A stretch of DNA of 64,000 nt, taken from the NCBI GenBank assembly GCA_043811375.1, contig JBDRNJ010000036.1, forward strand, positions 648 through 64,647, given 5' to 3'. Shown in pieces: positions 26,667 through 35,431 of the stretch. Below the pieces are notes generated by a model. The model did no database searches, had not been told where the DNA came from, and saw nothing but the letters and a program-made list of their open reading frames with translations. A program made the translations under genes and the position numbers. The stretch is from a bacterium. Its GTDB lineage: Bacteria > Zixibacteria > MSB-5A5 > GN15 > FEB-12. How positions within the stretch are numbered: position 1 is the first letter of the stretch; each line of letters starts with the position of its first letter.

Positions 26667-26692
26667 CACCCTTGGACTCCGCTCAGGGTGAC
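26667..26692 (-). repeat. Copy of the GTCACCCTGAGCGGAGTC-N-AAGGGTG element
   Basis: The reverse complement GTCACCCTGAGCGGAGTCCAAGGGTG differs at one position from 15023-15048. Confidence 0.8.
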
Positions 26693-26717
26693 TATAAAGT
26701 TCCGTCAGATCTTGACA

Positions 26718-26749
26718 CCGACGAAGTCGGAGTGATCCGACGAAGTCGG
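26718..26749. repeat. Two tandem copies of the palindrome CCGACGAAGTCGG, 19-nt period
   Basis: Read directly: ccgacgaagtcgg agtgat ccgacgaagtcgg. Confidence 0.75.
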
Positions 26750-26781
26750 GGGGGTGACCTGACGAACGTTTTTCTTGCGCC

Positions 26782-26838
26782 GTCACGAATCCTTTCGTAA
26801 CGGCTACATTTGGTACGGTCAGGAAAGGATTCCTGACC
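26782..26838. repeat. Long imperfect hairpin GTCACGAATCCTTTC ... GAAAGGATTCCTGAC, containing the local palindrome GGTCAGGAAAGGATTCCTGACC
   Basis: The 15-nt arms are complementary with one mismatch, and the second arm is itself a 9-bp-stem hairpin. Confidence 0.65.
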
Positions 26839-26916
26839 GCGCGTAAAAGGTGGCTTGCCACAGACTTGTCACTGGCGATGCCAATAAAAGTGGCTATGCC
26901 ACCGGATTGCAACTCA

Positions 26917-26936
26917 GCCTGTCCGCTCAGGGTGGC
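26917..26936 (-). repeat. Partial copy of the CTGAGCGGA-type element (GCCACCCTGAGCGGACAGGC on the minus strand)
   Basis: Shares the CCCTGAGCGGA core with 15022 and 26667. Confidence 0.55.
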
Positions 26937-26967
26937 TTAGTGCTTGGGATAATGAGTTTTCACGTTA

Positions 26968-26996
26968 TGTCATGCTGAGCGGAGTCGAAGCATGAC
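26968..26996 (+). repeat. Copy of the element: TGTCATGCTGAGCGGAGTCGAAGCATGAC (stem CATGCT/AGCATG, 12-nt loop)
   Basis: It has the same loop GAGCGGAGTCGA as 15023-15048, but the stem bases have changed in a compensatory way (CACCCT/AGGGTG versus CATGCT/AGCATG). Confidence 0.8.
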
Positions 26997-27044
26997 CCTG
27001 CGAGACTTACCACAACTTATGAGCGGCATAACTGACTAAACAGC

Positions 27045-27071
27045 AATAAAATAGCCGCCCACGTGGGCGGC
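27045..27071 (-). terminator. Rho-independent terminator of the M6 protease gene
   Basis: 18-nt perfect palindrome GCCGCCCACGTGGGCGGC (27054-27071), followed on the minus strand by TATTTTATT. It lies about 28 nt after the stop. Confidence 0.75.
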
Positions 27072-27098
27072 TGTATCAAAATCAGATGTCTGACTCTG

Positions 27099-29951
27099 CT
27101 ATTTTAAAAGAATCATCTTTTTGGTTTCTACATCTTCTCCCCGGCGCAGCCGATAGAAATATACCCCGGTGGCCACCGGCCGGTGGAAACGATCGGTGCC
27201 GTCCCAGGTCACGACGTGTTGGCCGGGAATCTGGATTTCATCTACCAGTGTCCTGACGTGCCTACCCAGCACGTTGTAGATCGAAAGGTTCGTTCGGGAC
27301 GGTACCTGTCCGCCGCCACCGGTAGCACGCAACGTATAGGTTATATGAGTGGACGGGTTGAAAGGATTGGGGTAATTCTGGTGCAGATCAAAGTTACGGG
27401 GCATCTCGCCAAACGGGCGACCGTCATACACCGATGTCGTTATCCCCCCGAAAAACTCCAGTGCCCGCAGCAGCAACGTGTCTTTCGGGTCCGTGCTGTA
27501 ATCATCCCGGAGCATTTCAACAGGGAAAGTCAGTAGAATGGAACTGTGTACATCCGTATATGTTATGCCGCAGATCATGCTGGTATTGGGTGAGGGAAGT
27601 GTAAAGGCCACTACCCCTCCATTAACCGGTTCCAGTAAGTGTGTCGGAGTGAGATCCGGTGGCGGACTGATGCGTTGATATACTGTACCCTCAGAAACAG
27701 GATGGCCGTCAACTCCGGCCCATTTGAAGTACAAGAACGAATTGCCATTATAAGTGGCATGGAAGTAATCGGCCAGAAAAGCTGGATCCAGTGCATCCAT
27801 ATCGTCAACACCGGATGCGGTTGACAGCAACAGATTGCCGCTGTTGTCCATAAACATCTTCATAGCGGCGATGTCGCTGTTGTTGAGAACGCCGGTGGCA
27901 GCCTCCCCGGTGTGCCAGAAAACATACGGATATGTCATCAGATCCGTCCCGCTGGGTGAACCCTGGGTCTGCTTGATCCAGGTACGGGTGGGAATACGCA
28001 GCCGGTAGAAAGCGTTTTCGATTTCTGTCTCGTAACTGTCACCGCGATCATCATCGACAATCAGCACCTGCGGCGCTCCCAGGCTGAGTTCCAGGCCGAA
28101 GTGGAAGGAAAACTCACCGCTGCCGGGTGTGGACTCCAGCGAGTCGGTAGTGATGGTCAAATAAAAGGAGTCTATAGTCGGTATGAGAGAGTCAGCCAGA
28201 CGGAATTCAATCGGCGCAGCGGCGTTATCGCGCGGCAGACCAAACAGATCGCTGCCAAAAGCCACGTTGTTGCTCAGGAAGGTAACGCCCGGATTGTCCG
28301 TTTCCAGGGTGGCGTGAATGTTGAATGACTCGCGCATCTGGTTCTTAACCCCACAGTAGAACTGTATCGTCTCCCCCGCTTCCATTACACCGTTACCATT
28401 CCCGCCCGGTGGGTCATCGATCACCGCGATGGAATCGTATAGAAGTATGCCATCTGTTCTGGCCAGGCTCACATAGGGCCGCGAGTAATCGGTGATATCG
28501 AAATCGGCCGTCATGAGTGAATCGGAATCCGATATCCGCCAGACAGCTATCCTGGTCACATCGGGATCGTCGACTGGAGTAACGGCGTTGGTCATGGTGT
28601 TGGGATTGGTCAGATTATGAAACTCCCGGGCATCGCTCGATCCGGGCCAGGGATCACCGCCATCGCCTCGATTCATGATAGCGGCCGCCAATTGGTTCAA
28701 ACCGTCAGCCTGCTCCATGGCGACAAAGTAACGTGTATAGTCGGCATTGTTGGCCGGCGCCGCCGAGTCAACATGGTAGATGCACAATCCCCATCCGGGA
28801 AGAGTGGCATCAGAAGTGTACGGCTGCCGGTTTTCAACCACCCAGTACTGACCCTGGCTCCATCCGTTGCTGAATTTGTAAGCAACCGGGTTGTACTCGA
28901 CCGCCGGGATAGTGTCATGGAAGTGATTGGTGGTAACTTCAATTAAATCCAGAAAACCGACCTGGTCCTTGCACCAGGCATCAAAATGAGCCGGTCTCTT
29001 CGAGTCGCCGTTGTAGCTGCCGCTGGCCATCAGCGACCACTTTCCCAGCCCGGAGCGGGAATTGGTCGTAATGTCGTATAGGTCTGGCAGGCCGATAAAA
29101 TGTCCGTACTCATGGCAGAAAACCCCAATCGGCGAGAGCTCGTTGCCGGACTCTTCCGGGTTCATAGTGTAGTCGGAGATGGATACGCCGTCATAGTATT
29201 TGGCGGGGTTTATGCTCGATTTATGTGACCATATATGGTCGGAACCGGCCTCTTCGGCTCCCGGTCCGGAATGAATGATAATTACTCCGTCACAGATACC
29301 GTTGGAGTCCAGGTCATATTTGGAGAAATCGACCTCTGGATCCAGACCAGCGGCATCAACGGCATCAGCGGCCAACTGCGGCCCCAGGGTCATACCATTA
29401 TCATCGTTCTCATAGAACTGGTATGTCTGCGGCATTTGGTACCAGCCGTAAATGTCCCCTTTGATATAGAACTGATCGTATGAGTTCTCCAGGTAGAAAT
29501 CCGTCATTGACCCGGTGGGATTATAAATAGCGTCTATCGTGCTGTCGGAAAACAGAATCGAGTCAAAATCCTCTTTGGTACCGGCGACCGACTGCGAATC
29601 CGAGGGCCAGTCACTGAAATCGACCAGGATTACAATTACCCTTACCGTGTCGGTCGTCTGCACGCCGAGAGCCAGATCCTGGCGGTGCTTCTCCTTGTCG
29701 AAAACAGAATGTTCCACCGGTGAACATCCCCCGGCCTTCTTGAAGGCCTGCCAGTTGGCGACCTTCTGCTCCCAGACACCTTCGGCTATCCACCGGGCGA
29801 TAACTTCATCCGTAGGCGGTATAGCTGACACACTTGAAACCAGCATTACCAACAGCAGTCCGCTCAGGACAGTCAGACCGTATTTCCGCATTCGCATTCT
29901 CATCATAATCTTTCGTTCGCCTCTCTTATCCAAAAAAACCGCCCGGGGCAC
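27099..29951 (-). CDS. Secreted M6 (immune inhibitor A-like) family metalloprotease with a T9SS-type / FlgD-Ig-like C-terminal sorting domain
   Basis: Signal peptide. Zincin motif VFCHEYGHFIGLPDLYD. C-terminal tail NYPNPFNPSTHITYTL...GVYFYRL...KKMILLK. The start may be one of the internal Met codons (MMRMRMRKYG). Confidence 0.85.
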   Translation of the reverse strand: MPRAVFLDKRGERKIMMRMRMRKYGLTVLSGLLLVMLVSSVSAIPPTDEVIARWIAEGVWEQKVANWQAFKKAGGCSPVEHSVFDKEKHRQDLALGVQTTDTVRVIVILVDFSDWPSDSQSVAGTKEDFDSILFSDSTIDAIYNPTGSMTDFYLENSYDQFYIKGDIYGWYQMPQTYQFYENDDNGMTLGPQLAADAVDAAGLDPEVDFSKYDLDSNGICDGVIIIHSGPGAEEAGSDHIWSHKSSINPAKYYDGVSISDYTMNPEESGNELSPIGVFCHEYGHFIGLPDLYDITTNSRSGLGKWSLMASGSYNGDSKRPAHFDAWCKDQVGFLDLIEVTTNHFHDTIPAVEYNPVAYKFSNGWSQGQYWVVENRQPYTSDATLPGWGLCIYHVDSAAPANNADYTRYFVAMEQADGLNQLAAAIMNRGDGGDPWPGSSDAREFHNLTNPNTMTNAVTPVDDPDVTRIAVWRISDSDSLMTADFDITDYSRPYVSLARTDGILLYDSIAVIDDPPGGNGNGVMEAGETIQFYCGVKNQMRESFNIHATLETDNPGVTFLSNNVAFGSDLFGLPRDNAAAPIEFRLADSLIPTIDSFYLTITTDSLESTPGSGEFSFHFGLELSLGAPQVLIVDDDRGDSYETEIENAFYRLRIPTRTWIKQTQGSPSGTDLMTYPYVFWHTGEAATGVLNNSDIAAMKMFMDNSGNLLLSTASGVDDMDALDPAFLADYFHATYNGNSFLYFKWAGVDGHPVSEGTVYQRISPPPDLTPTHLLEPVNGGVVAFTLPSPNTSMICGITYTDVHSSILLTFPVEMLRDDYSTDPKDTLLLRALEFFGGITTSVYDGRPFGEMPRNFDLHQNYPNPFNPSTHITYTLRATGGGGQVPSRTNLSIYNVLGRHVRTLVDEIQIPGQHVVTWDGTDRFHRPVATGVYFYRLRRGEDVETKKMILLK

Positions 29952-29985
29952 CGGAAGGTTTCACACTATTATAACGTCCTCACCG

Positions 29986-32937
29986 TTATTTCAAAAGCGT
30001 CATTTTCCTCGTTTGTGACTGACCGGCTACCATCAGGCGGTAGAAGTAGACACCGCTGGCGACACTGCTTCCCCGGCCGTCGGTTCCGTCCCACCGGACC
30101 GTGTGGGTACCTGGTGGCAACATTCCGGTCACTACCGAGTTTACTCTCTGCCCCAGGATGTTATACACCTCCAGCGAAACCTCGCCGGCCTCGGGCAGTG
30201 AGAACTGGATGGTGGTGGCGGGATTAAACGGGTTGGGATAGTTCTGGCTCAGTGTGAAGGTCTCCGGCCGGGCCGCGATCTCATCCGCGTCGGTAGCCAA
30301 AATGTATCTTTCCCGTGCAGCCGCCGCGTTAGCATAGAGATCACCGGCGTCCTCACCGGCCAGCAGCGCCATCGTAATTTCAATTGAATCACCCGGCTCG
30401 ATAGTGAAGGGGCCACCACTCACCAGCGAAACCATGTCCGCCATCAGTGTGTCATCGACATCGACAACACCGGAGGATATCATGTCATACAACTCGGTTC
30501 GGGTAAATCCTCTCTTGGCCGGGCCGTTGTCTATCGTTGTGAATGATGTCAGATTTTTCAAGGCCAGCAGTCCGGTTTGCGGACCCGCTCCGGCCCGGTG
30601 ACCCAGCAGCGCCATTGTCTCATCCCATGCAACCGACTCACCGGCTTCGGTCAGGTCGAAATCGGCCAGAAATCCGAAGTGCAGATTGGTCAGCCGTTCA
30701 TTGGAATCGTTACGCAGGTAGTATCTCAGAATCAGCAGACCGTTGTCCGGGGTGTCCGGGTAGCTGATGGTTTGCTGTATTACGGTGACCGGGATCGGTA
30801 TTTCCGACCGGTTGTCGCCAAAACTGGCCGTCACGCGATAGCCACCGGTGGCATCGGTGAAACCGGCGCTCAGCCATTCAACGGGAGTGAAATCCGATGG
30901 AGCAACCTGGGCGAGACTGTCTCTCACGGCACAGGAGAGCTGCAGTGGGTTGCGGCCGACAACGATACCGGCCTCATACAACAGGTTGGCGCCGCCATTA
31001 AAGCGGAACCCCTCACCCTGCACGTTATAGATCGAACCCGGTGCAAAACCGTACTGGCCAAAATCGGAGATTGAGTAGTCCAGCCGGCCGGTGCTGTAGG
31101 CGGCAATTTCCCCCTCGGGAGGAATTCCGACCTTAATCGTGAAATCAGCCGTATCCCGGAACATACCGTTGTGTGCTTCCAGGTAGAGCAGACAGCTAAT
31201 CTCCTGACCGTGGTAAAACGCCGAGTCAAACCGCACCCGGAATGGTTCATTGTTCACTGCGGCCGTGCCACCCTCTCCAAAGAAGAAAACAGCCTGGTCT
31301 TCAACCGCGACGACGCTGTCGTTACCATCCACCGCCAGTATGGAAGTCACCATCTCTATGTTACCGGCGGCGTTGCGCAGCAGCAATTGCAGATCGAACT
31401 CTTCACCGGGGGCAGCCACTCCGTCATCGGAGATAATCACTCGCTCGATGGTAAATTCGGGTTCCGTCGGGATCGGCAGATAATCCAGCACTCTGCCGGC
31501 ATCGGGCAGGCCATAGCCATAGGCGTTGTCTTCACCCGGTCCCCCCAGGTCGGTGCACGACTGCAACAGCGCATTTTTGATCTGTTGAACAGTAGCATCC
31601 GGGTTGTACTGGCGCATCAAAACCACTAATCCGGCTATGTACGGAGCCGCCATCGAGGTACCGCTCATTGTATAATAGCCGCCTCCTTTGTAGGACGAAC
31701 GGACACTAACACCGGGAGCAACCACTTCCGGCTTGATTGCCGTGGCGTCACACGATGACGGACCCCGGCTGGAGAAATCGGCTATCGTAAGGCTATTGTT
31801 GACGGCGCCCACGGCAAAGCTGTTAGTCGAGGAACTGGCCCGATCAGCCGGATTGCGTATTGAGGTGGCAGAGGGGCCTTCGTTTCCACAGGCAAAGATC
31901 GTCACTATCCCGGCCGCTTCCACATTATCTATCACGGTGTAAAAAGTTTCGTCGCAGGATGCAAACAGCCCCTTGGGAATGCCCCAACTGTTGAGAATCA
32001 CGTCGGGCACGTCATCGGTGGTGGCCGGGTCGCCATCAGGGTCGAGAGCCCATTGAAATGCCCGGAGTATGTCACTGATTGTTCCACTCAGTGATTTCCC
32101 CTGGTCAATGACACCGGCGGTAATCCATTCGGCTCCGGGCGCCACGCCAAAGGTGTCTGTAAGAGATGCGCCTACCATGATACCCATGGTGTGCGTTCCG
32201 TGGCCAACCTTGTCACTGGGTAAAGCAGTCGGAGATATGGTTGAGAACCAGCTTGACGACAGCGGCGCATTGTTACCGCGCCAACGGGCAGCCAGAGCCG
32301 GATGACCCTGCTCCACTCCGGTATCGAACGAACAGACCAGGCGGCCATGCCCGGTCAGTCCCCGATTCCACAGGATCGGAATGTTTAACAGATTCAACTG
32401 ATCCGATATGCTCGTGGCCAGAGGGGAAGCACTCTTTACCTCAACCGGCGGCTCGTAGATCAATAAGCCGTTCTCAGCCACCAGTCTGACTCCGGGAAGA
32501 GCTGCCAATTCCGACAGGCAGGAGGTCGGCACTGATACGGTGACGGCCGGCACCACCCAGTGCCGGATCATTCCGGTGGCGTTATGAGCGACAAGGAATC
32601 TCTCCAAAGCAGGCAGGTACCGACCGGAGAACGATTTGAGATTCGACACGACAGTCTTGATGCGCGCCGAACGAGTCATGGTTGAGTTACCGGCCACGCG
32701 TGACAACTCGTCTCGTACCGGCTGGTCTTCCAAAAAGACAACCACGCTGACCCGGCTGTCGGTATCAATGATTCTGTCGGTCGATATCATCTGCATCAAT
32801 GACGGCGACAGATCAGCCGAAACTGATTGATGTAAACTCAGCAACAGCCAGGTTGTGAGCAGTATTGACGTTGTGATGCAGGGTGCTTTTGGCAACATTG
32901 GTCCTTCCTCAGCAAAGTCCAATGATCCTCTGCGCAA
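29986..32937 (-). CDS. Secreted S8 (subtilisin) family serine peptidase with a T9SS-type / FlgD-Ig-like C-terminal sorting domain
   Basis: Catalytic triad contexts FDTGVEQGHPAL (D), GHGTHTMG (H) and SGTSMAAPYIAG (S). C-terminal tail NYPNPFNPATTIQFSL...GVYFYRL...RKMTLLK. The start is probably MLPKAPC at 32898. Confidence 0.88.
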   Translation of the reverse strand: MRRGSLDFAEEGPMLPKAPCITTSILLTTWLLLSLHQSVSADLSPSLMQMISTDRIIDTDSRVSVVVFLEDQPVRDELSRVAGNSTMTRSARIKTVVSNLKSFSGRYLPALERFLVAHNATGMIRHWVVPAVTVSVPTSCLSELAALPGVRLVAENGLLIYEPPVEVKSASPLATSISDQLNLLNIPILWNRGLTGHGRLVCSFDTGVEQGHPALAARWRGNNAPLSSSWFSTISPTALPSDKVGHGTHTMGIMVGASLTDTFGVAPGAEWITAGVIDQGKSLSGTISDILRAFQWALDPDGDPATTDDVPDVILNSWGIPKGLFASCDETFYTVIDNVEAAGIVTIFACGNEGPSATSIRNPADRASSSTNSFAVGAVNNSLTIADFSSRGPSSCDATAIKPEVVAPGVSVRSSYKGGGYYTMSGTSMAAPYIAGLVVLMRQYNPDATVQQIKNALLQSCTDLGGPGEDNAYGYGLPDAGRVLDYLPIPTEPEFTIERVIISDDGVAAPGEEFDLQLLLRNAAGNIEMVTSILAVDGNDSVVAVEDQAVFFFGEGGTAAVNNEPFRVRFDSAFYHGQEISCLLYLEAHNGMFRDTADFTIKVGIPPEGEIAAYSTGRLDYSISDFGQYGFAPGSIYNVQGEGFRFNGGANLLYEAGIVVGRNPLQLSCAVRDSLAQVAPSDFTPVEWLSAGFTDATGGYRVTASFGDNRSEIPIPVTVIQQTISYPDTPDNGLLILRYYLRNDSNERLTNLHFGFLADFDLTEAGESVAWDETMALLGHRAGAGPQTGLLALKNLTSFTTIDNGPAKRGFTRTELYDMISSGVVDVDDTLMADMVSLVSGGPFTIEPGDSIEITMALLAGEDAGDLYANAAAARERYILATDADEIAARPETFTLSQNYPNPFNPATTIQFSLPEAGEVSLEVYNILGQRVNSVVTGMLPPGTHTVRWDGTDGRGSSVASGVYFYRLMVAGQSQTRKMTLLK

Positions 32938-33187
32938 AGGTCATGCCGCCCCCAGAGCCAATCCGGAGGTGGTAATTACCTGCACAATAATGCCTGATGT
33001 GATCCCGGATACCCTGCAACACAGTATCCGACAATGGAATAACAAACCGTCTTTTATGCCGCCCGGTCGCCCGGGATATGTCGTTGCTTTGCAGCTTCTG
33101 TCTACTGTGATTCCTGCTGCATAAAGACGAACTATATTACGCATTTTTTTTCAGGCCTTTTCCCGGGCCAAAATCTATATTGCACCC

Positions 33188-35365
33188 ATGAGTTCGAACC
33201 ATTCAGCGATAACCGGGACTATCCGTCAGTTGTGGCCGGTGCTGGTTCTGGCGATTTTGATCCGAATTATTTTCCTTCTGCAATACAGCGATCTGCCGGC
33301 CTGGGACCAGTTAACCGTAGACAACAACTACCATCATCACTGGGCCCGGTCCATCGCCGACGGCAACATCACCGGTGACACCACCTATTTCCGAGCCCCT
33401 TTCTACGTCTATTGTCTGGCCGTTCTGTACGCTGTTTTTGGAGCGTCATTATGGGTGGGTCGAATCTTTGGTCTGCTGACAGGTTTGGGATCAATAGTCA
33501 TGACTTTCCTGTTAGGCAGGAAAATCCGGGGGGTCAGGGTTGGTCTCACGGCGGCGGTGATCCACAGTCTGTACCCGATCATGATCTACTTTGAAGGCGA
33601 GTTGCTGCTGGATCCGCTGTTTACTCTGTTGCTGCAAATAGCAATTCTCAGACTGTTGATATGGCTCGAAAAGCCATCGATACCGACAGCTTTTCTGACC
33701 GGTCTCTGTCTGGGAGCAGCCGCCATAACTCGTCCAACTGCTCTGGTGTTGGTACCAGTGATCATACTGGTGGCGGCGGCAAGCGTCAAACCCCTTCGCC
33801 GGTGGCTGAGCCAGGCCGCAATCATGATAACCGGCATCGTCCTGCTGGTAGCTCCGATTTTCGTGCGCAACCTGGTTATTGCCGATGATCCTACGCTCAT
33901 TGCATCACAGGGAGGGATCAACCTGTACATAGGCAACAACAGCGAAGCTGACGGTGTTTCTGCCGTTCTGCCGGAACCGCTGGGGTACAACTGGCAAATC
34001 CGGGAGATAACCCACCTGGCTGAACAGGGGGCCGGTCGTCGTCTTAAACCGGGTGAAGTCTCCGCTTACTGGACCGGCCAAGCCGTTGACTGGATCTGTA
34101 CCTGCCCGGGACAGGCGATTACTCTGTACATGAAGAAGCTCTATCGCAATTTCTCCAACCGGGAGATTTCCAATAACCGTGACCTGGGGAGTTTCTTTCA
34201 ACAGGTCCCTCTCCTGAGATACAACCCTCTTTCCTTTAGCTGGCTTTTCGGCCTGGCGGTGGTCGGCCTGGTGGCACGGTTTTGCCATGATTCCCGGATA
34301 CGATGGCTCTCGCTCATCATGGTCGTGTACATACTGGCCTCGGCGCTGTTTTTCTTCAACAGCCGTTTCCGTCTGCCGTTGCTGCCTTATTATATGGTGC
34401 CGGCAGCCATCGGGTTGTCGACCCTGATTGACCGTTTTCGAGCCCGGTGGAGATCATCGGTAGTGCTGTTGCTGATTCTGACAGTCGCGATCGGGTTCTC
34501 ACAACTTAACCTGGTTCCCCTAACTTCCGGATCCTCTCCTCAGCCATTTACATCAAGAGGTTCCCATGCCCTCAGTCAGGGAGAGTATCTTCAAGCTGTC
34601 TCATGGTACCGGCGCGCTCGAGCGGTTGATTCCACATTTGCCGATGTCAACCTCAACCTGGGAGCCGCATTTCTGCGTCTCGGGCAAAGCGATTCCGCCC
34701 GCCATTACTTTGAACGCGAGATTCTCTTTCACCCCGGTCGAGCCGGTGCCTACACCAACCTGGCATCGCTGCATCTACTTGACGGCAACTATGCCGAATC
34801 GTTCCGGTTGGCAGGTCTGGCCCTGAGTCGCCGACCGTTTGACATCACCGGCAATATGATCTCTCTGAGGGCGGCCGCGTCGATGAAGGAAGTTTCAGAT
34901 GACAGCCTTATGTGTCTGGTTGAGCGTGCGACAGCGATCACCGGCGATGATATCTTCCTGCTTTACGACGCTGCCGGTCTTTTCGTCATCAGGGGTAACC
35001 TGGCGCGCGCCGAGTCACTCCTGCTGAAAGCAATCAATACCCAGCCACCTCCGATTGAAACCGATGATGAGGCCTTTCGCCATACCTTCCGCAACAGCCG
35101 ACATCTATGGGACCGGGAACGAGCCCGCAGTTATCACCAACTGGGGTATCTCTACGGCAGGCAGGGTCGCTACCACGATGCAGTTCACTGCAGCCGTCTG
35201 GCCATACAGACTGATCCCGATCTTGCGGATGCCTACCTGAATCTTGTCGTCGGGCTGATCTCTCTGGGGCGGTTGTCACCAGCCGACTCTGTCCTGGCGG
35301 CCGGTCGAGCCCGGTTTCCCCGACACCAGGGCCTGCAGCAACTTCAGAGCCCGCTGCATCCATAA
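33188..35365 (+). CDS. GT39/ArnT-PMT-like polytopic glycosyltransferase fused to C-terminal TPR repeats
   Basis: About 430 aa with about 11 TM segments and a YFRAPFYVY.. loop typical of ArnT/PMT_2 proteins. This is followed by about 290 aa of TPR-like repeats (AVSWYRRARAVDSTFADVNLNLGAAFLRLGQ...). Confidence 0.7.
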   Translation: MSSNHSAITGTIRQLWPVLVLAILIRIIFLLQYSDLPAWDQLTVDNNYHHHWARSIADGNITGDTTYFRAPFYVYCLAVLYAVFGASLWVGRIFGLLTGLGSIVMTFLLGRKIRGVRVGLTAAVIHSLYPIMIYFEGELLLDPLFTLLLQIAILRLLIWLEKPSIPTAFLTGLCLGAAAITRPTALVLVPVIILVAAASVKPLRRWLSQAAIMITGIVLLVAPIFVRNLVIADDPTLIASQGGINLYIGNNSEADGVSAVLPEPLGYNWQIREITHLAEQGAGRRLKPGEVSAYWTGQAVDWICTCPGQAITLYMKKLYRNFSNREISNNRDLGSFFQQVPLLRYNPLSFSWLFGLAVVGLVARFCHDSRIRWLSLIMVVYILASALFFFNSRFRLPLLPYYMVPAAIGLSTLIDRFRARWRSSVVLLLILTVAIGFSQLNLVPLTSGSSPQPFTSRGSHALSQGEYLQAVSWYRRARAVDSTFADVNLNLGAAFLRLGQSDSARHYFEREILFHPGRAGAYTNLASLHLLDGNYAESFRLAGLALSRRPFDITGNMISLRAAASMKEVSDDSLMCLVERATAITGDDIFLLYDAAGLFVIRGNLARAESLLLKAINTQPPPIETDDEAFRHTFRNSRHLWDRERARSYHQLGYLYGRQGRYHDAVHCSRLAIQTDPDLADAYLNLVVGLISLGRLSPADSVLAAGRARFPRHQGLQQLQSPLHP

Positions 35366-35431
35366 GAGGAAACGGGACCGAGTTGCCTCGATCCCGTTTA
35401 CAACGTCCGTCGCTTTTACTGTAACTTAACC

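Noticed and set aside
26718-26749. Possible mini-CRISPR or tandem array (CCGACGAAGTCGG twice)
   Set aside because: There are only two copies with a 6-nt spacer and no cas genes, so this is not a CRISPR array.
26604-26912. 102-aa minus-strand ORF in the fur/protease spacer
   Set aside because: It is translated straight through four palindromic repeat modules, so it is a repeat-derived pseudo-ORF.
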